From a bacterium (lineage in GTDB: Bacteria > Sysuimicrobiota > Sysuimicrobiia > Sysuimicrobiales > Humicultoraceae): a stretch of DNA of 36,422 nt. Positions 9,247-18,286 of the stretch are shown piece by piece. Numbering within the stretch: the first letter of the stretch is position 1; every line of letters starts with the position of its first letter. Location: assembly GCA_050694895.1 (NCBI GenBank), contig JBOGSE010000219.1, positions 1 to 36,422 of the forward strand, written 5' to 3'. Made by a program: the position numbers and the translations under genes. Under the pieces are notes generated by a model. It saw only the letters and a list, made by a program, of their open reading frames with translations, did no database searches and was not told where the DNA came from.

Positions 9247-10868
9247 TGCTGTCGCAGAGGCTCCGGTCCGCCGCTCACGAGCGCCTGCGTATGGAACGGC
9301 AAATGCTTCCCGCCCGCGGTCAGCACCGGCTCCCGCCGTACCACACGAATCGTTTCGGCCTCGCGCCACAGGGGCGGCATCACACTCTGCGATCGATTCC
9401 TCCCGCCCAGCTCTTCGATGAACCGGGCCCGTATGCGTGCCTCGTCGATCGGGCCGACAACCGGACTCACGACCAGGTAGATCCGGGTCATATGCTCGTC
9501 GTCCTCGGCCTCCAGCAACTGGTAATCGATGCTCCGACCACCGAATGCTTGAGGCAAGACCTGTTCCAGAATCCGCACGCAGTCCGTCCCGAGCACCGTC
9601 ACACCTTCCCCGGTGAGTTTTGAGAAGCTCCTGATCGCCGAGAGGTGCGTATGCATCCCGAGTTCGTCCCAGATGCACCCACACCGGCGTATGGTGACGT
9701 CACCAAAGTCGTCACTCTCGACGTTGAGGAGGATCTTCGGGCTGGACGGGAGGAGTGTCGTGAACACAAGGCTGTCCACCAGAGTCCCGTCAGGCAGCGG
9801 GCGTCTGTTCAATATGAGGGCAAAGCTATCCGACATCAGGTGCACGTCATCGATGGCCACCGGCCTAGCGCACGCACTGCCGACCGAGCCGAGTTCGGTG
9901 ATCGAATAGCGGGCCCCGATGCCTGCGCCGGAGCGCATGATCTCCTCGTACTTCCCGGGCGTCAACGGTTCTCCGCTCACGACAAAGGTGACGTGTTCCA
10001 GATCGATCCTTCGTTGTCTGGCGAGCCCGGCCAGCCGGACGCCTACACTCGGACTCACGGCCACCACACATCCGCCGTGCCTGTCGCGGGCCGCGCGCAC
10101 TGCGTCAAGCACCATGTCGGCATCGGCGAGCGGCGCGTACTCGGGATAGGGAATGCGCAACCCTCTCGTCATGCCCATGAGCTGGCCCAGCCGGAACATG
10201 ACTCGGTGGCGTCGTGGCACCGCCGCGCCCGACGGATCGGTCATGGAGAACCATCGCAGAGCAGGCCGGCCCATGTGCGCGAGCGCGAGCCACCAGACGA
10301 GACCACCGCCGTGGGCCACGGCCGGCTTCCAGACAATGATGGGCCACGACCCGACACCGAGCGCCTCGAGCATCACGCACCGCGCGGGCGTGCGCTGGTC
10401 GGCGAGGTAGTCGAGGGACGCTGGTACCCTGGATCCTCGGCTTCGGGTCCCGCTCGTTCGGAGCTCAAACGCCGCCCGGACCTTTGTGTTATCGAAGTCG
10501 CTCTCGCTGCACTGGAGGGTGAAGCCGGCGCGCTCGATCGGCTTCCACCCTTTGAACTCCTCGTAAGTGAGAAACACACCGGCGTCCCGCAGCGCCCCCA
10601 GCGTCGCTTCGAGGCCGCGCAGGCGCACCGACTCGGCCAATCTGTCCATTGACCATCCAGCCCACGCCAGCATCCGCTTGTAGGGGCTGGCGGCGTGCAG
10701 CCAGATCTCCCTCTCGACCACTTGCAGGAAGAGCCAGTCGCGAACCGCCAGTCGTTGCCGGATTCGTGCTCTGGCGTTCTCCGGCGTGCACGGGCGGAAG
10801 ATGAGCCTCCCCAGCCTGTGGGCGACGTGTGCGTAGGCCCCGAGGCCGGAAACGGTGGGCACGTTCAT
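9243..10868 (-). CDS. PaaK/CapK-like (coenzyme F390 synthetase-like) adenylate-forming enzyme, copy 1 of 2
   Basis: 541 aa. By-eye ANL/PaaK landmarks in the right order: divergent P-loop TSGTRSRGSRV; GEPLTPG; YSITELGSVGSAC; DDVHLMSD; FTTLLPSSPKILLNVESDDFGD; RRCGC; FSKLTGEGVTVLG; and a C-terminal GGKHLPF lysine. About 60-65 percent identical by eye to 22891..24519. Confidence 0.7.
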   Translation of the reverse strand: MNVPTVSGLGAYAHVAHRLGRLIFRPCTPENARARIRQRLAVRDWLFLQVVEREIWLHAASPYKRMLAWAGWSMDRLAESVRLRGLEATLGALRDAGVFLTYEEFKGWKPIERAGFTLQCSESDFDNTKVRAAFELRTSGTRSRGSRVPASLDYLADQRTPARCVMLEALGVGSWPIIVWKPAVAHGGGLVWWLALAHMGRPALRWFSMTDPSGAAVPRRHRVMFRLGQLMGMTRGLRIPYPEYAPLADADMVLDAVRAARDRHGGCVVAVSPSVGVRLAGLARQRRIDLEHVTFVVSGEPLTPGKYEEIMRSGAGIGARYSITELGSVGSACARPVAIDDVHLMSDSFALILNRRPLPDGTLVDSLVFTTLLPSSPKILLNVESDDFGDVTIRRCGCIWDELGMHTHLSAIRSFSKLTGEGVTVLGTDCVRILEQVLPQAFGGRSIDYQLLEAEDDEHMTRIYLVVSPVVGPIDEARIRARFIEELGGRNRSQSVMPPLWREAETIRVVRREPVLTAGGKHLPFHTQALVSGGPEPLRQQ

Positions 10869-11296
10869 CCCTGCGCGTAAATCTCTACGACCGCCGTTCC
10901 TTCGCTAACCAACTGACTGTCCTGCTTGACGGCCCAGATGTCCAAATCCACCGTGGTCTCCCCAGCCCGCCGGGTCGGGGTGGCGCGAATCCGCCCTTCG
11001 CACCGGATCAAGTCACCCACGCTCACTGGTGCGGTATGCCGAACGGCAAATCGCTTCAAGCGCCCATCGTCTCCCAGCCAGTCGGTGATCATTCTTGCGA
11101 TCAACGCGGTGCGAAAGTGTCCGCTTTGAATACAATCCATGAGGTGAAGGTGGTCACGCGCATAGGTCCGATCATAGTGGATGCGCAGCCAGTTCTCTTG
11201 ATACGCTGCCCACCGCACGAAGTCGGTCAGCCTGAAAGGTCCGACATGGAGGGCCGGTAGCGTCGTGCCCGGCTCCAGCACGAGCTCTGTCGTCAT
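10865..11296 (-). CDS. MaoC-like hot-dog fold protein (R-hydratase family) with a deviant hydratase-2 motif
   Basis: 143 aa. FVRWAAYQENWLRIHYDRTYA aligns by eye to the hydratase-2 motif, with His kept but Asn at the Asp position. C-terminal hot-dog strands GDLIRCEGRI...VDLDIWAVKQDSQLVSEGTAVV. ATGA overlap with the downstream ligase gene. Confidence 0.75.
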   Translation of the reverse strand: MTTELVLEPGTTLPALHVGPFRLTDFVRWAAYQENWLRIHYDRTYARDHLHLMDCIQSGHFRTALIARMITDWLGDDGRLKRFAVRHTAPVSVGDLIRCEGRIRATPTRRAGETTVDLDIWAVKQDSQLVSEGTAVVEIYAQG

Positions 11297-11299
11297 CTT

Positions 11300-12493
11300 T
11301 CAGCCGCGCGCGGCGCCCGTGGCCTCTCGCCGCGCCTGCGTCACGACCCCTTGCGCTTCCAGCGCGGCGATCTCGGCCGGCTCGAGGCCGATCTCACTGA
11401 GCACCGCCCCGGTGTGCTCGCCGCATCGCGGAGCCCGGCCCATCCCTTCGCCCAGCGGCGTCCGCAAATGGGGCATGTCGCCTTCGCCGCCGAGATGCCG
11501 AAAGAATCCGCGCGTCCGCAGGTGCCTGTCGCTCAACAGATCAAGCATGTCGTGCACGGGAGCCACGGGGACGCGCCGGGCCTGCGCGACGCGAGAGATC
11601 TCCACCTTGGAGAATGGCGCGGCCCACTCCGCCAGCACGCGAAAGATCTCGTCCTGCCTGCGCATCCTCGCGCTTTCGCTGGCCAACTCCTCGCCGCGCA
11701 GTCGCTTGTCGCCGACTGTGTCGACCAGCGCGCCCCATATCCCCTGTGCGCTCGCCGAGACAACGACATGGCCGTCGCGGCACGGCAGCGCGCCCGCCAC
11801 CGCGATGTGCGCGTGCCGGCTTCCCGCTCTCTTGACCACCCGTCCCCCGACTGAGGCTTCCAGGAGCCCCTGCTGCATGACGGACAGGAGCGCGTCATGC
11901 GCGCTCACCCGCACGAGCCGACCGCGGCCTGTCTTGCGGGCTGAGGCCAACCCGAGGAAGCCGGCCAGCGCGGCATACGTCGCAACGACCGCATTGGACA
12001 ACCCCCCGCCGATGAGCATGGGGGGCCCGCCGGGATCTCCCGTGATCGACATCAACCCGCTCAGCGCGCATCGGACGATCTCCGTGCTCTTGAACCCGCC
12101 GTCAGCGTCGGGCTCAAACCCCCTGACAGCCACCCACGTCAGACGTGGATTGGCATCGCAAGCCCGCGCATACGTCGCTTCGACTCCCTCAATGACTGGC
12201 TCGACGCCATCGATGACGAGGTCGACGCCGGCACACAGACGGGCGAGGATCTCGCGGCCCTCGTTCCGGCGCAGGTCGACGGCCACGCTGCGCTTTCCCG
12301 CATTGAAGTACTCGTGAATGACATCCTGAGGGTCCTCGGCCGTCGCAGGGTCGACGGTCACGGCGAGGTCGACCGAGCCCGCCGATTCCACCCGGATCAC
12401 GTCGGCCCCAAGGTCGGCGAGCAGCCGAGTGGCATAGAGCATCGACGGATCGGTCAAATCCAGCACCCGTGGTCGCATTGCGTCACAGCTCAT
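11300..12493 (-). CDS. Family III (CaiB/BaiF/Frc-type) CoA-transferase paralogue with Asn at the catalytic Asp position
   Basis: 397 aa. N-terminus RVLDLTDPSMLYATRLLADLGADVIRVES. The region that aligns to the active-site Asp of the neighbouring paralogue (SNSWADFVAGLHGAL) reads GGGLSNAVVATYAAL. Confidence 0.85.
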   Translation of the reverse strand: MSCDAMRPRVLDLTDPSMLYATRLLADLGADVIRVESAGSVDLAVTVDPATAEDPQDVIHEYFNAGKRSVAVDLRRNEGREILARLCAGVDLVIDGVEPVIEGVEATYARACDANPRLTWVAVRGFEPDADGGFKSTEIVRCALSGLMSITGDPGGPPMLIGGGLSNAVVATYAALAGFLGLASARKTGRGRLVRVSAHDALLSVMQQGLLEASVGGRVVKRAGSRHAHIAVAGALPCRDGHVVVSASAQGIWGALVDTVGDKRLRGEELASESARMRRQDEIFRVLAEWAAPFSKVEISRVAQARRVPVAPVHDMLDLLSDRHLRTRGFFRHLGGEGDMPHLRTPLGEGMGRAPRCGEHTGAVLSEIGLEPAEIAALEAQGVVTQARREATGAARG

Positions 12494-13026
12494 GGAGGAT
12501 CGGACGACGCCAGCGTGCGCGCGGTGACCTGACGGCTGACCGCCACGAGTTCTCCGTCTTGATCAACGTACGTCCGCTCCTCCGTGATGAAAACGGCGGG
12601 GCCCTCTGCCGTGCCCCTGGCGGTGATGTCGAGTATCTTGAACCGAACCGTAAGCCGGTCGCCGATGCGAATCGGCCTCATCCACTCGATGTCCGTCCCC
12701 GCATTGAGGCGGGCGACCTCGCGCGTCACGGTAATCGTGCCCGCCAGTCCCGCCAGCGAGGGAAACGCCCTCTCGCCGCTCTCGTCGACGCTATCGTGAC
12801 TCGGGGCGGGACGCACGACATCCAAGATCATCGCCGGCGGCGCGAGGGTACCGACGCGTCCGGCGTTATCGGCGAAATCGGCCGCCCCCCACAGCGGGTT
12901 GCAATCTCCCGTCGCGTTCATGTAGCGTCTGACATCGCTCCATTCGATGGCGCCAGGGGTCTCTACGGGTTCGCTCTCGCGCCCAATCCACGCGCGGAGC
13001 TCCGCGGGGAGTTCCATCTCGACCAC
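12490..13026 (-). CDS. MaoC N-terminal-type hot-dog protein (probable partner subunit of 10865..11296)
   Basis: 178 aa. YMNATGDCNPLWGAADFA is a near-complete hydratase-2 motif with Asp kept and His replaced by Trp. Hot-dog strands IRIGDRLTVRFKILDI...FITEERTYVDQDGELVAV. ATGA overlap with the downstream CoA-transferase. Confidence 0.7.
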   Translation of the reverse strand: MVEMELPAELRAWIGRESEPVETPGAIEWSDVRRYMNATGDCNPLWGAADFADNAGRVGTLAPPAMILDVVRPAPSHDSVDESGERAFPSLAGLAGTITVTREVARLNAGTDIEWMRPIRIGDRLTVRFKILDITARGTAEGPAVFITEERTYVDQDGELVAVSRQVTARTLASSDPP

Positions 13027-13033
13027 CTCGTCG

Positions 13034-14242
13034 CTACGCGAGCACGCCTTCGTCGTGCAGCCGGGCGAGCTCCGCGTCGCTCATCCCCAGCAGATCGTGG
13101 AGGACCTCGCGCGTGTGTTCGCCGAGCCGCGGGCCGGCACGGTCGACACGGGCGCCGGCGGCGTCAAATCGAATCGGCGCAGGGAATACCGGCATCTCGC
13201 CGATCACCGGATGGTGGACAGACCGCCGTCCGGGGGAGAATCGCGGGAGGTCGTCGAGGACCTCACCGGTAGTGCGGACCGCGGTCGCTGGAATCCCCGC
13301 CCGCTGGAGCGTTTCCTCCGCCTGACGGGCGGGCCGACGCCGAGTCCAGGCCTCGATGCTGCGGTCGATCTCTTCGGCGTGCGCCAGCCGGGCCTGAAGC
13401 GAATCGAAGCGGGGATCCGAGAGAACATCATCACCTAAGAGGCCTACAAGTGACCGCCACTCGGCGGCGTCTCCCACGCTCAACACGCACCAGGCGTCCT
13501 CGCCATCGCATCGGTAACACCCTTGCGGCGCGCGCGTCATCGACCGATTGCCCGCGCGCCCCACCGCCCGCCCGGCGCGCTGAGATGCCATCACCAGATG
13601 CCCAAGCGGCAGCACATTCGCCTCATACTGGCTCAGGTCAATCCAGCACCCCTGCCCATGCACCTCGCGCCGGCACAGCGCCGCCGCGACGACGAGGGCC
13701 CCGTGGAGACCGGCGACAAAATCGGCCCAGGAGTTCGACACGGCGACGGGAGGATCACCGGGGCTGCCGGTTGTGAGCATCAGGCCCGAGAGGGCCTGAA
13801 TGATGATGTTGAAGCTCACCCAATCCGCGTGCGGGCCGTGAGCGCCCAACCCGGACATGCTCACATAGATCAGTCGCCGGTTGCGCTCCAGCACCCGGTC
13901 CGGGCCCAGGCCCAGTCGCTCCATGACCCCAACGCTGAAGTTCTCGGTCAGCACGTCGCTGCGCTCCGCAAGCGCCAGCGCGATCTCGATACCTTCAGGA
14001 TGCTTGAGGTTGATGGCCACGGAGCGCTTGTTGCGATTCAGGCTCGCGAAGATGGCGCTTCCCTCGAGGTCCTGGGGGCCACCCGGCCGAAACGGGCCCA
14101 GCCGGCGCGCCTGATCCGGCGCCATGCCGCTTTCCACCTTTACGACGTCCGCGCCCAAGTCTGCCAGAAGACTCGTCGCAAAGGGCCCCGTCACGACGTG
14201 ACCAAAGTCGAGAATGCGCACCCCAGAAAGTGGAAGGCTCAT
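13034..14242 (-). CDS. Family III CoA-transferase (catalytic Asp present)
   Basis: 402 aa. MSLPLSGVRILDFGHVVTGPFATSLLADLGADVVKVES and the active-site region VSNSWADFVAGLHGALVVAAAL (D...G.H, as in Frc-type enzymes). Confidence 0.9.
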   Translation of the reverse strand: MSLPLSGVRILDFGHVVTGPFATSLLADLGADVVKVESGMAPDQARRLGPFRPGGPQDLEGSAIFASLNRNKRSVAINLKHPEGIEIALALAERSDVLTENFSVGVMERLGLGPDRVLERNRRLIYVSMSGLGAHGPHADWVSFNIIIQALSGLMLTTGSPGDPPVAVSNSWADFVAGLHGALVVAAALCRREVHGQGCWIDLSQYEANVLPLGHLVMASQRAGRAVGRAGNRSMTRAPQGCYRCDGEDAWCVLSVGDAAEWRSLVGLLGDDVLSDPRFDSLQARLAHAEEIDRSIEAWTRRRPARQAEETLQRAGIPATAVRTTGEVLDDLPRFSPGRRSVHHPVIGEMPVFPAPIRFDAAGARVDRAGPRLGEHTREVLHDLLGMSDAELARLHDEGVLA

Positions 14243-14279
14243 GCCGCGTTGCTGACCAACGTCGCCCGGCTCTGCACTG

Positions 14280-15158
14280 CTACAGATACAGGGTGCCCAC
14301 CCGCACCGAGCCCACCAGCCGTCCCATCTGTCCAGCTGCTACCCGGAGCCAGACTCCCTGCCGCTCACCGATGAAGAAATCCCCCACATGGAGAAGGAGC
14401 CAGGCGTACTGGCGCGCCGCCCGTCCGAGGTTTCGGGGCATCCCGTATCGCCGAAACTTCTTAAAGAGTATGGGATGTACAATGCCATAACGAAAATGCT
14501 GACGCCAGACCTCCTCCAACCGCTCGCGCCGGCGTTTCAGTACAATAGCAGCGGGCTCGACATGCAGGTCGAATCCCGCGAGCTGCACTCTCCAGCAAAA
14601 GTCCACATCCTCGGTCGGCAATTTCTCATCAAACCCCGCAACACGCTCCAACGCCGTCCGGGAGACGCTCAGGTTCGCCGTAAGGCCATAGGGTAGAAAC
14701 GCGAAGAAATCGTGCCCGCTCTTCTCTCTCCCCCCGCTGCCTGTCACGTGGCCCTTCGTGGAGGGGGACGCTTTCTCTGGATGCATGACTCCCAAGAACT
14801 GAATCTCGCCCGCCACGAGATGATGACGTTCGAGCGCGGCCGCCATCGCACCAAGCCAGCCCGGTTGCACGACGTCGTCCTGATCGCAGAAGAGGAATGC
14901 ATCCCCCGCCGCCACCGTAGCCGCGATGTTGTAGGCGGCGCCGGGGCCGCGACGGGCTGAGGCATCGATCACACGGAGATGAGGCATCTTGTCTTTGAAG
15001 GCGCGAGCGATCTCAAGTGTACGATCGCTGGAGCCGTTGTCCGCCACGATCAGTTCCCAGGAGCCGTCGTATGTCTGTCCGGCGAGCGCCTCGAGCTGCT
15101 CGCCGATCGTCTCTTCCCCATTCCAGGTGGCTACGATGACGGACAGGGTGCGGCCCAT
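14280..15158 (-). CDS. Glycosyltransferase family 2
   Basis: The ORF extends to 15494 over the 3' end of the upstream aminotransferase gene. ATG at 15158 gives MGRTLSVIVATWNGEETIGEQLEALAGQTYDGSWELIVADNGSSDRT, and the DxD-type motif FCDQDDV follows. Confidence 0.85.
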   Translation of the reverse strand: MGRTLSVIVATWNGEETIGEQLEALAGQTYDGSWELIVADNGSSDRTLEIARAFKDKMPHLRVIDASARRGPGAAYNIAATVAAGDAFLFCDQDDVVQPGWLGAMAAALERHHLVAGEIQFLGVMHPEKASPSTKGHVTGSGGREKSGHDFFAFLPYGLTANLSVSRTALERVAGFDEKLPTEDVDFCWRVQLAGFDLHVEPAAIVLKRRRERLEEVWRQHFRYGIVHPILFKKFRRYGMPRNLGRAARQYAWLLLHVGDFFIGERQGVWLRVAAGQMGRLVGSVRVGTLYL

Positions 15159-15178
15159 CGCGCTGTCAGGGTTCTGGC

Positions 15179-16327
15179 TCAATGGCCCACCGGCAGCCCC
15201 GGCCCCTGGCCGGCATGGGCCGCGGAGGAAAACGCCAATACGACCTCGACCACTCGCGCGACCTGAGAGTCTGTCAGATGCGGACCTAGCGGGAGGCTCA
15301 GGGCCTGGGTGTGGATCTCCTCGGCGATCGGGAAGCCTCCGGCGGGCACCTCGAGCCATCGGTAGGCCTCTTGCAGGTGCGGCGGGATCGGGTAATGGAC
15401 CAAGGCCTGGGTGCCGCACTTCGCCAGGTGCTCGCGCAAGGCATCCCGGCGTTGGCTTCGCACCACAAACAGATGCCAACACGGCTCCGCCCATTCCGGG
15501 ACGAAGGGCAAGACAATCCCCGCGGTCCGTAGGTCCTCCAAGTAGGTTGCGGCGACGCGCCGGCGCCGGGCATTCCAGATATCAAGCCAACGCAACTTGA
15601 CGCGCAAAATAGCCGCCTGCATCTCATCCAAGCGGCTGTTGTATCCACAGACCTCGCTGACGTACTTCCGCGACGATCCATAGTTGCGAAGGAGGGCGAC
15701 GCGATGCGCAAGATGCGCATCGTTCGTGGTGACCGCGCCGGCGTCGCCAAAGGCCCCGAGGTTTTTGGTCGGATAGAAGCTCCACCCTGCGGCGTGTCCC
15801 AGGGCGCCGGCCCGGCGGGCGTGGTAGCGGGCTCCGTGTGCCTGCGCGGCGTCCTCAAGCACCCAGAGGTCGTGACGTCGGGCGATGTCCATAATCGGAT
15901 CCATGTCCGCTGACTGCCCATAGAGATGCACTGGGACAATCGCTTTCGTTCGCGGCGTGATCGCGTCTTCCAGCCGCTCGGGATCAAGGTTATAGGTCCG
16001 AGAATCCGGTTCTACCGGCACGATACCCGCGCCCGTCTGGCTGACCGCCAGCCACGTCGCGATGTACGTGTTGCTCGGGACGACCACCTCGTCGCCCGCG
16101 CCAACCCCCATGGCGCAAAGGGACAGATGCAGCGCCTCTAAGCCGTTGCCCACCGCGACGCAGTATTGAGTTCCGACATAGGCGGCGAACTCTCGCTCGA
16201 ACGCCTCCACCTCTTGACCGAGGATGTACCACCCGCTCGCGAGCACCCGGGCCACGGCTTCGTCGATCTCGGCCTTGAGCTCCCGATAGGTGACCCCGAC
16301 ATCGAGAAAGGGAACGTTACTGTCCAT
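15179..16327 (-). CDS. DegT-family dTDP-3-keto-6-deoxyhexose 3-aminotransferase (FdtB/QdtB-like)
   Basis: The start is placed at the internal Met ([37 protein letters not shown]), which matches the usual N-terminus of this family. PLP-lysine region [16 protein letters not shown]. It lies directly downstream of an FdtA-like isomerase gene. Confidence 0.85.
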   Translation of the reverse strand: MDSNVPFLDVGVTYRELKAEIDEAVARVLASGWYILGQEVEAFEREFAAYVGTQYCVAVGNGLEALHLSLCAMGVGAGDEVVVPSNTYIATWLAVSQTGAGIVPVEPDSRTYNLDPERLEDAITPRTKAIVPVHLYGQSADMDPIMDIARRHDLWVLEDAAQAHGARYHARRAGALGHAAGWSFYPTKNLGAFGDAGAVTTNDAHLAHRVALLRNYGSSRKYVSEVCGYNSRLDEMQAAILRVKLRWLDIWNARRRRVAATYLEDLRTAGIVLPFVPEWAEPCWHLFVVRSQRRDALREHLAKCGTQALVHYPIPPHLQEAYRWLEVPAGGFPIAEEIHTQALSLPLGPHLTDSQVARVVEVVLAFSSAAHAGQGPGLPVGH

Positions 16328-16733
16328 GTTGCTTGGCCGCCTCAAGGAACGCCTCGTAGTCACGGTGATAGTCGGATTCGTCATAGAGGTCGCTGGCAAG
16401 CACCATATACACCGTCCCCTGCTCGAAATCGCCTTCGGCAGCCCATATCATCGGGGGGATGTACAACCCAAGCCAGGGCCGGTCGAGCCTGATCCCCCGC
16501 CTCTGATGACCATCATCCAGGGCCACCTCCAGGCCCCCAGCCAAACAGACGATGACCTGTTGAAGCGTCTTGTGAGCATGGGCTCCCCGAGTTCCTCCGC
16601 GGGGAACGTCATAGACGTAGAAGACCCTGCGAATCTGAAACGGAACGTGTCGAGTCTCTTCAACAAATGTGAGACTTCCCCGCGAGTCGAAGACCTTAGG
16701 GAATTCAAGAAGACGGCATCGCTCGAGCCCCAT
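16317..16733 (-). CDS. WxcM/FdtA/QdtA-like cupin: dTDP-4-keto-6-deoxyglucose 3,4-ketoisomerase
   Basis: 138 aa from the internal Met: [26 protein letters not shown]...[19 protein letters not shown]...[15 protein letters not shown]. The HAHK histidine pair and overall length match FdtA-type isomerases. An alternative start is at 16790. Confidence 0.8.
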   Translation of the reverse strand: MGLERCRLLEFPKVFDSRGSLTFVEETRHVPFQIRRVFYVYDVPRGGTRGAHAHKTLQQVIVCLAGGLEVALDDGHQRRGIRLDRPWLGLYIPPMIWAAEGDFEQGTVYMVLASDLYDESDYHRDYEAFLEAAKQHGQ

Positions 16734-16796
16734 GACGTGCCCTTTACCAGGACCAGCTCGCCGGCGCCCACGCGGCGTGGGCGTGCACATAGCGTC

Positions 16797-17816
16797 TCAC
16801 GAACCTCTCAGCGCCCCTTCATACCACGCCGCGTAGTACCGCAGGTACTCCCCCGACTTGACCGCCTCCCACCAGGCGCGATGACGTTGATACCACTCAA
16901 CGGTCCTGGCCAACCCTTCTGCGAGTGAAATTTTCGGCGTCCATCCCAGCGCCTGCCTCGCCCTGCCTGCATCGAGCGCATACCGCCGGTCGTGGGCCGG
17001 GCGATCGCGTGTGAACTGCAAGAGACTCGGAGAAGCGCCCACAAGCCTGAGAATCGTCTCCGCCACGGCGATGTTAGGCAGCACGCCTCCAGCGGCGAGA
17101 TTGTAGACGCCCTCCAGTCGTGCGCAGTCCACCGCGGCCAGAAGCGCGGCGCAGTGGTCCTCGACGAACAACCAGTCCCGTTCCTGGCGGCCGTCGCCGT
17201 AGACGGGAATGGGCTTGCGCTCCATGGCGTTGGTGATCGCCAGCGGGATGAGCTTTTCTGGGAACTGGAACGGGCCATAGTTGTTTGTGCACCGGGTAAT
17301 GACGACCGGCACACCATGGGTCTTGGCGTATGCCTGGCACAGCAGGTCGGCGGCGGCTTTACTTGCCGCGTAGGGACTCGTTGGATGAAGGGGCGCGTCC
17401 TCGGCAAACGCTACGGCCGGCGGGGTCGGCCCATACACCTCATCGGTGCTCACCTGAATGAACCGTTGCACCCCGAACTGCAGCGCCGCATCCAGCAGGA
17501 CCCGCACACCTCCGACGTTGGTGTGGATGAACGGGCCAGCGTCCATGATGCTGCGGTCGACGTGAGACTCTGCGGCGAAATTCGCGACGACGTCGACGCC
17601 ATCTCGAAACACGCCGTGCACCGTCGGTGGATCCCCGATGTCACCCTTCACAAACCTAAAGTGGGGGTGCGTGGCCACGTCGCGAAGGTTTTCGAGGTTG
17701 CCGGCATAGGTCAGCTTGTCCAACACCGTAACCTGCCACTCTGGCCGGCATCGCACTACATGTCGGGCAAAGTGACTCCCGATGAATCCCGACCCGCCCG
17801 TAATGAGAATCTTCAT
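16797..17816 (-). CDS. rfbB: dTDP-glucose 4,6-dehydratase (RmlB/RfbB)
   Basis: 339 aa. MKILITGGSGFIGSHF, SPYAASKAAADLL (Y-x3-K), and a C-terminal region typical of RmlB. Confidence 0.95.
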   Translation of the reverse strand: MKILITGGSGFIGSHFARHVVRCRPEWQVTVLDKLTYAGNLENLRDVATHPHFRFVKGDIGDPPTVHGVFRDGVDVVANFAAESHVDRSIMDAGPFIHTNVGGVRVLLDAALQFGVQRFIQVSTDEVYGPTPPAVAFAEDAPLHPTSPYAASKAAADLLCQAYAKTHGVPVVITRCTNNYGPFQFPEKLIPLAITNAMERKPIPVYGDGRQERDWLFVEDHCAALLAAVDCARLEGVYNLAAGGVLPNIAVAETILRLVGASPSLLQFTRDRPAHDRRYALDAGRARQALGWTPKISLAEGLARTVEWYQRHRAWWEAVKSGEYLRYYAAWYEGALRGS

Positions 17817-18274
17817 CGGTGGCTGAGGCTCCAGTCGTAGGGGACACCGGGGTCGTCGTGAGGGAGCCGATACTCGTCCGGTGCTAGATAGTCATAGATC
17901 CGGGTGGGGATGTTGACGAGGATCGCCTCGCGCGGCCCCTCAGCCGCGACGCCGTGGTACACGAGCGGTGGAACGATGACCAACAGTGGATTGAGGACAC
18001 CGGTATGAAACTCGTTGATGACGCCCTTCGTGGGACTCTCATTCCGGGGATCGTACAGCACGATTCTTGCCATGCCTCGGATGCAGACGAAGTAGTCCCA
18101 CTGATCCCTGTGATAGTGCCAGGCTTTGATCACCCCGGGATAGCACGCTGTCAGATAGACCTGCCCAAAGGCGCGGAACTCCGGCCAGTCGCTCCGCAGC
18201 ATTTCCATGAGAAATCCGCGATCGTCGGGCAGGACCTTCAACGACCTGACGGTCACACCGTTGATCAGGTTCAC
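17813..18274 (-). CDS. Short (SpsL-type) dTDP-4-dehydrorhamnose 3,5-epimerase-like cupin
   Basis: 153 aa. LKVLPDDRGFLMEMLRSDW...PGVIKAWHYHRDQWDYFVCIRGMARIVLYD...VPPLVYHG. RmlC-family cupin of the short form. ATGA overlap with rfbB. Confidence 0.75.
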   Translation of the reverse strand: MNLINGVTVRSLKVLPDDRGFLMEMLRSDWPEFRAFGQVYLTACYPGVIKAWHYHRDQWDYFVCIRGMARIVLYDPRNESPTKGVINEFHTGVLNPLLVIVPPLVYHGVAAEGPREAILVNIPTRIYDYLAPDEYRLPHDDPGVPYDWSLSHR

Positions 18275-18286
18275 CGCACTCTCCCG

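Noticed and set aside
9247-9684. 5' extensions of ORF-track entries that overlap the preceding gene: 8062..9684, 14280..15494, 18287..19546, 20701..22260, 21923..23131, 24516..25586, 25379..26749, 29999..32611, 2568..3242, 15179..16399 and 16317..16790.
   Set aside because: The extended parts overlap well-supported upstream coding regions in another frame and are Arg/Gly-rich. In each case an internal ATG/GTG sits exactly at a stop/start overlap, or behind a GGAGG, and yields the canonical family N-terminus. The features were trimmed accordingly.
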